Below are positions 57,937 to 64,000 of a DNA stretch of 64,000 bases, one piece after another. The DNA is from Alphaproteobacteria bacterium. Its GTDB lineage: Bacteria > Pseudomonadota > Alphaproteobacteria > UBA828. Made by a program: the position numbers and the translations under genes. Positions within the stretch are counted from its first letter, which is position 1. Every line of letters begins with the position of its first letter. The notes below the pieces were generated by a model that saw nothing but the letters and a program-made list of their open reading frames with translations, searched no databases and was not told the DNA's origin. Where the stretch lies: positions 2,752,001 through 2,816,000 of the forward strand of contig OZ243972.1 of assembly GCA_965214705.1 (NCBI GenBank). The letters are read 5' to 3'.

Positions 57937-60450
57937 TCACGGACCGATCGACAGGGTGGCGTTCACAAACAGCGTGCGCCCCATGACGGAATCGAGCCGC
58001 AACAGCGGGTCGTTCGGGCTCGCGGGGTTGGTGGGCGGGCCGCGGTCGCCGACGTTGAGGACGCCGCCCGCGAGGTTCAGCCGCTCGATCCCGAACGCGC
58101 CGCGCCAGAGAAGCGCGAGGTCGTGCCCCTGCCACCCCTCCCAGCGGCCGGTCCCGGCCGCGTTCCAGTGACCCGAGACCGCGTGGAGCGTCCAGCTCGC
58201 GGTCACGCCGCCCCGGCTCGCATGCAGCGACGCATGGACGCGGTCGCGCGGATAGTCGCCCGGCTGCTCCTCGCCGGCCACCCGGGTCTCGTAGCGGGTC
58301 GTGCGCAAACCGCGGATGTCGAGTTCCAGATCCGCCCAGTCGGTCTCCTAGGCGGCGCCCGCCCGCACTTCGATGCCCGCGAGCTCGGTCTCCCCGCTGT
58401 TGTAACGCGGGCTCACGATCCTGACGATGCGCCCGCCCTCGCGCACGACCTCCGCGCCCGGCGGCAGGTTCCCCGCCGCGTCCAGATCGACGATGGACTG
58501 CGCCTACAACTGCGCGGGCTCGTCGGAGAGCTCGATCGCGAACCAGTCCACGCCGAACGAGAATGCGCCGAGGCTCGCCGTGGCGCCGGCGCTGACGCTC
58601 TCCGCCTTGTCCGGCTTCAAGTCCGGGTTTCCGACGCTCGCGCGCGTCACCTGTCTTGGCGTGCAGTCCGCCTGTCCGGTATCGCAAACGTAGGGATGGT
58701 CCAGCGTTTCGAGCGCATGCAGGGCACGCAGGCCGGGTGGGCTCCCGCCCCTGTTCCAGGACGCGCGGAGCGAGAAGGCGTCGTTCAGCCGGTAGCGGTT
58801 CGCGACCCGCCAGGAGACCGTTTCGCCGACATCAGCATAGTCGTCGTGGCGCGCGCCTAGGGCGAGGTCCCAGCCGGCGAGCAGCGGGGCGGTCGCCCCC
58901 GCCAGCGCCGACCGGCGGCGGCGCTCGCCGGCCGCCGAATTGCCGGCGCTCCCGAGCACGCCGGCCGCTTCGTGGAAGCGGTTCCCGGAGTCCCGGTAGT
59001 CGTAAATGTCCCGCCAGTCCTCGTCCGCGACCTCGATGCCGGCCGTCCACCGGACGTCGCCGCCGGGCAGCGCGAACGCCGCGCCCTCCAGCGCGCCACG
59101 CGCCGTCCTGTGGTCCGTCACCCGATCGCGGGTCAGCCGGAGCCCGGTCTCGCGGATCGCTTCCAGATGGGACGAGGCCGTGGAGAGCGGGTTCTCGATG
59201 TCGTAGCCGCCGTTCTCGATGGCCGTGCGGATCGCGCTCCCGCTCACGAAGGTGCCGCCTCTCTCGACGGCCTCGTGCCGGTAGTACCGCAGGTGCGCGT
59301 CGTAGCCGAGACCGCCGCCGAGCCGGCCCCGGAGGCCGAGCGTGAGGTCGTATTCCTCCAGGTCCTCCCGCCAGTCCCGGTTGCCGTGGCCGACGAAGCG
59401 GTGGAACGCGGCGATCGTATCCGGGATATCGTCCGGGGAGACACCGAGATCGCCGGCCAGTTGGCGCTTGAGAGCATTCGACGGTGTGAAGTCGAATTCG
59501 CCCGCCGAGGGGGCGTAGCGGAACGCGGTCTCCGCCTGCGCGGCCCGTGCGTCCAGATACAGGTCCGCGTCGCCGCCGAGCGGGTGGTCGGCGTTGAGAA
59601 ACAGGCTCTCGCGTGTGCGGCGGTCGTAGCCGTCGTGCCACTTGGCGTCGGCATAGGCGAAGCCGCAGCCCGTGCCGGCGACACCGAAGGGGTCGGTAAG
59701 AACACCCGCATAGACGCTCCGGTCGCAGTCGCCGATGCTGCCCGCACGCGAGGAAGTCTCACCCGCAGGGACAAGGAAGGCGGTATTGCCGCCGACCGAG
59801 ACGCCCTGCGTATCGACGAAGGAGCCGCCCGGCGTCCACTCCGCGCGGCTGTAGTCGCGGTCCGCGTCGCGGACCTCCCGGCGCCCGATGCGGTCCGCGC
59901 CGACGGTCAGACGGCCGCGCCCGAGCGCGCCGCCCCACACCGCGCTCGCATGGTCGGAATCGCCGCCCGCCTGTCCGGGACGGGCCAGGCCCGCCCGGAC
60001 CTCCGCGCCCTCGTGACCGCGCCGGAGCACGATGTTGACCACCCCGGCGATGGCGTGCCCGCCATGCCGGGCGGCGCCCTCGTCCAGGATCTCGATGCGT
60101 TCGACGGCCGAGACGGGGAGCGTGTCGAGATCGAGAGTCGAGTCCGATATGCGGCGCCCGTTGACGAGGACCGCGGCGCGGCCGGTCCCCAGCACGAGCG
60201 GCCGGTGCAGGCCGAAGCTGTTGTAGACCGCCCGGCTCAGCAGCAGCTCCCGGACATTGGCCAGGCCCGACATCTCGATATCCGTCCGGTCGATCACGGC
60301 CACGGGGCGCGGCGCCTCCACCGCGATGCCGCTCTCCGGCGGTCTCGCCTCGTCTTGCGCCACCCCATGCACCGGCGCAACGGCGACGATGGCCATCATG
60401 GCCGGCCCCAGGGCCGCCCCCGCGCAGAACCCGGCAAGCTTGCGGATCAT
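57937..60450 (-). pseudogene. TonB-dependent receptor interrupted by two in-frame TAG codons
   Basis: Plug AVERIEIL...AIAGVVNIVL, GNPDLKP and C-terminal GRTLFVNATL; TAG at 58504-58506 and 58348-58350 in the same frame. Confidence 0.85.
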
Positions 60451-60773
60451 CGGAAACACCCTCCTGCCCTGGCGCCCGTATCGGAGATGTTTCACCGAAC
60501 GCCCGCGCTTGCAAGTCGGACGACGGCGCCAACCGTTTGCCCGGCCATCTCGGCAATTGTACGGAACCTGCCGCCGCCGGAAAATCGAGCCGGCACGGTC
60601 AGGATCGCGTTCGCCACCTCACGCAGATCGGCCGATTAGAGACTCGACCCCTTCTGGCGCAGCCCGGATCCCGGGCGCGCTCCGTCGGGGAAGACGGCAC
60701 CGCCGGCGGCCTGTTCGCCGACCCCGCCCGTGAGGAGTCGTTCTCCCACGCCGAACGGCAGAGGGGCTCGCGG

Positions 60774-60947
60774 TCACAGATCGAGCGCCGTCACTGTCCC
60801 GGCGCGGGACTGGATGAAGGCGAGGCGGGATTCGGGGCGACGGCCCATCAGTTCCTCGACGCGGCGGGCCGTGGCCGTGCCTGCGTCCTCGGCGACCTCG
60901 ACGCGCAGCAGCGTGCGCCGCGCGGGGTCCATGGTGGTTTCCTTGAC
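60774..60947 (-). pseudogene. parE: Isolated 3' fragment of DNA topoisomerase IV subunit B (ParE/GyrB C-terminus)
   Basis: KETTMDPARRTLLRVEV...VEELMGRRPESRLAFIQ..A....LDL*. Confidence 0.8.
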
Positions 60948-61378
60948 CCGGCCACGCGGCCGTTCATGAGTCGCTCCGGCAAGAGCGTCCCCGCCCCGGC
61001 CGACGCCTGCCCTGCACGAAGCACGAGAACCCGTCTTGCACACGCTCCACTATCTTCGCCAGCATCCCCGGCGCAGCGGCGGAAGCTATAGAGAACGGCC
61101 CGGCCGGACACAAGGCACCGCCCCTCTCGCGCCGCAGGCCCGAGCCTCGCTGGCTGCGGGCCGGTCCGTCTCCGGCCCGAGCCGCGCCGATGGCCGATCG
61201 GCGGGGCTCTCCCGTCGATGCCGGGTAGCCTGGCCGCACCACCGCGACCGCCGCCCGAAATCACGAGCGGCGGCATGCCGGATCTTCCTCCGCTGCGACG
61301 GTCCCCGCCGTGTCGCCGCGCCTTGCCTTTTCCGATAACCTTCCCCGGAGGACGATCCACGCGCCGGAGGCGGGGAGC

Positions 61379-61771
61379 ATGAACGAGGATGCACGCCAGG
61401 CGACCTTGTCGATCCTGGCCAGGCTGATGGCCCTGACGTGCGTCCGCAATACAAGGCTCGAGGACATCCACGCCGGCATCGTTCCGGTCAGCCACACCGG
61501 GGACTACTCGGACGTGGCGGTCGTGGACGCCGACGGACGGCGCATTCCGTGGCCGCGCGTGTCCCATTTCGACGACGACGCGATGCGCGATCTCATGCGG
61601 GAGGTGGCCGACCGCCTCTACACGTTCCATGCGAAGATCGACGATCCGCGCTTCCAGGCCATGCCGGGGCTGTGGGAGTCCGCCGCCCGGGCATGGGACG
61701 AGCCGAAGCCGGACGCCGGCTTCATGGCGGCAATCGGCGCCCGCGGGGATGAGGACGGCGATGAAGCCTGA
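61379..61771 (+). CDS. Hypothetical protein
   Basis: GGGGAG RBS; globular 130-aa sequence CVRNTRLEDIHAG...WDEP. Confidence 0.65.
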   Translation: MNEDARQATLSILARLMALTCVRNTRLEDIHAGIVPVSHTGDYSDVAVVDADGRRIPWPRVSHFDDDAMRDLMREVADRLYTFHAKIDDPRFQAMPGLWESAARAWDEPKPDAGFMAAIGARGDEDGDEA

Positions 61772-61931
61772 GCGCCGCCCGCCGAACGTCCTGCCGCGCA
61801 GGCAGTCCCGGAGGGACGGGCCGGCATTCTCCCTGCTCCGCGTCCTTGCGCCCCGCGAAGGTCGCCGCCTTCTTCCGGCCCACCTGCCCCGGCCGCCTGC
61901 CCCGCTGTGACCCCGGTGCAAGGAATGCTCC

Positions 61932-62459
61932 GTGAAGCCGCTCGCCGCCTTCGCCCTTGTGCTCGCCTTCGCGGCGCCGGCCGGTGCCGGCGGCGACCCT
62001 GGCATCCTTGAGCGCGCGTCGGTCGATGCCGCCGGGCGGGGCGACCTCCGCGCTGTCGAAGACCTGCTTGCCGCAGGCGCGGACCCGAACGCCACGATGG
62101 ACGGATATCCCGTCCTTCAGGAAGCCGTCCAGGCTGGCAATGCCGGTATCGTCGAAGCCCTGCTTGCCGCAGGCGCCGACGTGAACGGGTTCGGCGAATG
62201 GGTTCCCGGGTGCTGTCAGGAACTGGACACCGCTCTGCACCAGGCTGTGCGATGGTGGCCCGTCTGTCTCGACCGCGGCCCCGGCGATTGCTCCGAACGC
62301 CGCACCGAGGTCGTTCGCGTCCTGCTTGCCGCCGGTGCCGATGTGGATGCGCGGGACGGGATACTCGGCGCCACCCCCCTGAAGATGGCCGCCCGGCGAG
62401 GCATCGCCGAGGTCATGGAGATCCTCGTCCGTGCCGGCGCGGGCCCGAACGCGCGATGA
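61932..62459 (+). CDS. Secreted ankyrin-repeat protein
   Basis: Signal peptide; LLAAGADPN / LLAAGADVN / TALHQAV / TPLKMAA ankyrin repeats. Confidence 0.88.
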   Translation: MKPLAAFALVLAFAAPAGAGGDPGILERASVDAAGRGDLRAVEDLLAAGADPNATMDGYPVLQEAVQAGNAGIVEALLAAGADVNGFGEWVPGCCQELDTALHQAVRWWPVCLDRGPGDCSERRTEVVRVLLAAGADVDARDGILGATPLKMAARRGIAEVMEILVRAGAGPNAR

Positions 62460-62536
62460 AAGCGGCGCGACCCATCCCCGGCGACCATGACAACGGCAGC
62501 GTATCTTCGACACTCGCACAGGGAAGGAGAACAGAT

Positions 62537-63565
62537 ATGAGCTTCAGGAGCATTGCCGGCGCCCTCACGCTGGCCGGAGCGTTGGCGGCGACGGGCGCGA
62601 TGCCGGTCCAGGCGGCGACCCTCGACGACGTGAAGGCCGCCGGCGAGATCAAGTGCGGCATCAACCACGGCGTCGTCGGCTTCGCCTTCACCGACGACGC
62701 GGGCAGGTGGACCGGCTTCGACGTCGCCTACTGCCGGGCGCTGGCAGCGGCGGTGCTGGGCGATGCGGACAAGGTCTCGTTCGTCAACCTGACCGGGAAG
62801 ACCCGCTTCCCGGCGCTGGCCTCGGGCGAGGTCGACATCCTCTCGCGCAACACCACCTGGACTATTTCGCGCGATGTCGACCTCGGCTTCACCTTCATAG
62901 GCGTCAACTACTACGACGGCCAGGGCTTCCTCGGCCGCACGTCGCTCGGCGTGAGCAGCGCCACCGAGCTCGACGGCGCCTCGATCTGCATCCAGACCGG
63001 CACCACCACGGAGCTCAACCTCGCGGACTTCTTCCGCGTCAACGGCATCGCCTACGAGCCGGTGCCGATCGAGACCAACGCGGAAGCCCGCGCTGCCTAT
63101 GAGGCGGATCGCTGCGACATCTACACGACGGACGCCTCGGGTCTGGCCGCGACCAGGGCGAGTTTCGAGAACCCCGACGATCACATGGTGTTCCCCGAGA
63201 TCATCTCGAAGGAACCGCTGGCACCGCTGGTTCGTCAGGGCGACGACCGGTGGGCGGACATCGCGCGCTGGGTGCTGAACGCCCTGATCTCGGCGGAGGA
63301 GCTGGGCGTGACCCGGGCGAATGTGGCCGAGATGGCGAAGGGGACCGATCATCCGGAGATCAACCGGATGTTGGGGACGGAGGGTTCGCTGGGCGAGATG
63401 CTCGGCCTCGACGCCGCGTGGGCGGTGCGCGCGATCGCGGCGGAAGGCAACTACGGGGAGATCTTCGAGCGCTTCATCGGCCCCGACACGGCGATCGGCC
63501 TGCCGCGGGGTCTGAACGCGCTCTACCGGGACGGCGGCATCCTCTATTCGCCCCCGTTCCGATAG
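62537..63565 (+). CDS. aapJ: General L-amino acid ABC transporter substrate-binding protein
   Basis: GFDVAYCRALAAA, LSRNTTWT, GTTTELNL, IISKEPL, GNYGEIF and YSPPFR motifs. Confidence 0.92.
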   Translation: MSFRSIAGALTLAGALAATGAMPVQAATLDDVKAAGEIKCGINHGVVGFAFTDDAGRWTGFDVAYCRALAAAVLGDADKVSFVNLTGKTRFPALASGEVDILSRNTTWTISRDVDLGFTFIGVNYYDGQGFLGRTSLGVSSATELDGASICIQTGTTTELNLADFFRVNGIAYEPVPIETNAEARAAYEADRCDIYTTDASGLAATRASFENPDDHMVFPEIISKEPLAPLVRQGDDRWADIARWVLNALISAEELGVTRANVAEMAKGTDHPEINRMLGTEGSLGEMLGLDAAWAVRAIAAEGNYGEIFERFIGPDTAIGLPRGLNALYRDGGILYSPPFR

Positions 63566-63630
63566 AAGCGGCGACCTTGCCGGCCAAGAGCGCTCCGCTG
63601 CCATGACGCGCATAGCCTGGCCCGCCGGCA

Positions 63631-64000
63631 ATCTGCGACGTCGGCACGCGCCTCGAGGACGCGGTGTGAATCGTGGCGCTCCATGCCCGCCTCGTCCGCC
63701 GGCTCTCGCGCCAGGACCGCGGCGGGGCACTGCCGCCCGAGCCGCCGCCCGAGATCGTCGCGGAGGAGCTCTGGATCGCCCAGCGCTACGGCGTGCTCGC
63801 CTTCTTCAGCGAGCATGACCCCGGCATCGGGCAGGTGGACATCGACGACCATGTATCGGAACTGGTGGAGGAGCCTGCGGCCGATCAATGAGCGCGCGCT
63901 CGGCGGCGAGGCCGAGGTGCGCCATGCGCTCACCATCATCCGGGAGGGGACCGGCGCGGACCGCCAGGCCGACCTCTACCGCCTGCGCTGCTTGGAGGGG
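63631..64000 (+). pseudogene. C-terminal remnant of a YbdK/GCS2 carboxylate-amine ligase
   Basis: ICDVGTRLEDAV* ... WIAQRYGV ... IIREGTGADRQ with an internal stop and a frameshift; N-terminal part absent. Confidence 0.75.

Noticed and set aside
58348-58506. Genome-wide TAG recoding or pyrrolysine
   Set aside because: edd, hydA (26909), hisZ and aapJ all end at TAG at expected lengths; no pyl genes in the window
60451-60770. Cobalamin or other riboswitch upstream of the TonB receptor
   Set aside because: No recognisable B12-box or other conserved aptamer motifs by eye
60950-61070. Further integrase remnant (GTLLPERLMN)
   Set aside because: Resemblance limited to a few residues; not supportable without a profile search

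Overview
This is a GC-rich bacterial chromosome segment, most consistent with an alphaproteobacterium (hisZ-purA, aapJ, edd, an alphaproteobacterial palindromic repeat). It is possibly host-associated, given a secreted ankyrin protein, IS expansion and many decaying genes. From 1.3 to 40.9 kb lies a large N-heterocycle/cyclic-amide catabolic region with no regulator gene. It encodes two three-subunit molybdenum hydroxylases, CoxG, two hydantoinase/oxoprolinase A+B pairs, a hydantoin racemase, M20 and AstE/AspA amidohydrolases, BMP-type and Pot-type ABC transporters, and a highly divergent GroEL paralogue. A mobile-element hotspot at 26.9-32.6 kb interrupts this region. The hotspot holds an IS110 with a candidate bridge RNA, an IS5 probably nested in that non-coding end, a palindromic repeat, an ISKra4-like element, and a low-GC thioester-domain-like gene flanked by a duplicated groEL 3' end. 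Next come a voltage-gated channel, an IS1182-like element, LysR, tRNA-Lys and hisZ-purA. The accessory right arm has a Mu gp27-like gene with a hairpin-repeat leader, an intact integrase and a decayed inverted paralogue bracketing TPR/hdc-ACT/ycaQ, a MITE, fccAB, a TonB receptor with two amber stops, a parE 3' fragment, ankyrin, aapJ and a ybdK remnant. No CRISPR array or rRNA was seen. All family assignments come from motif recognition by eye, not database searches.
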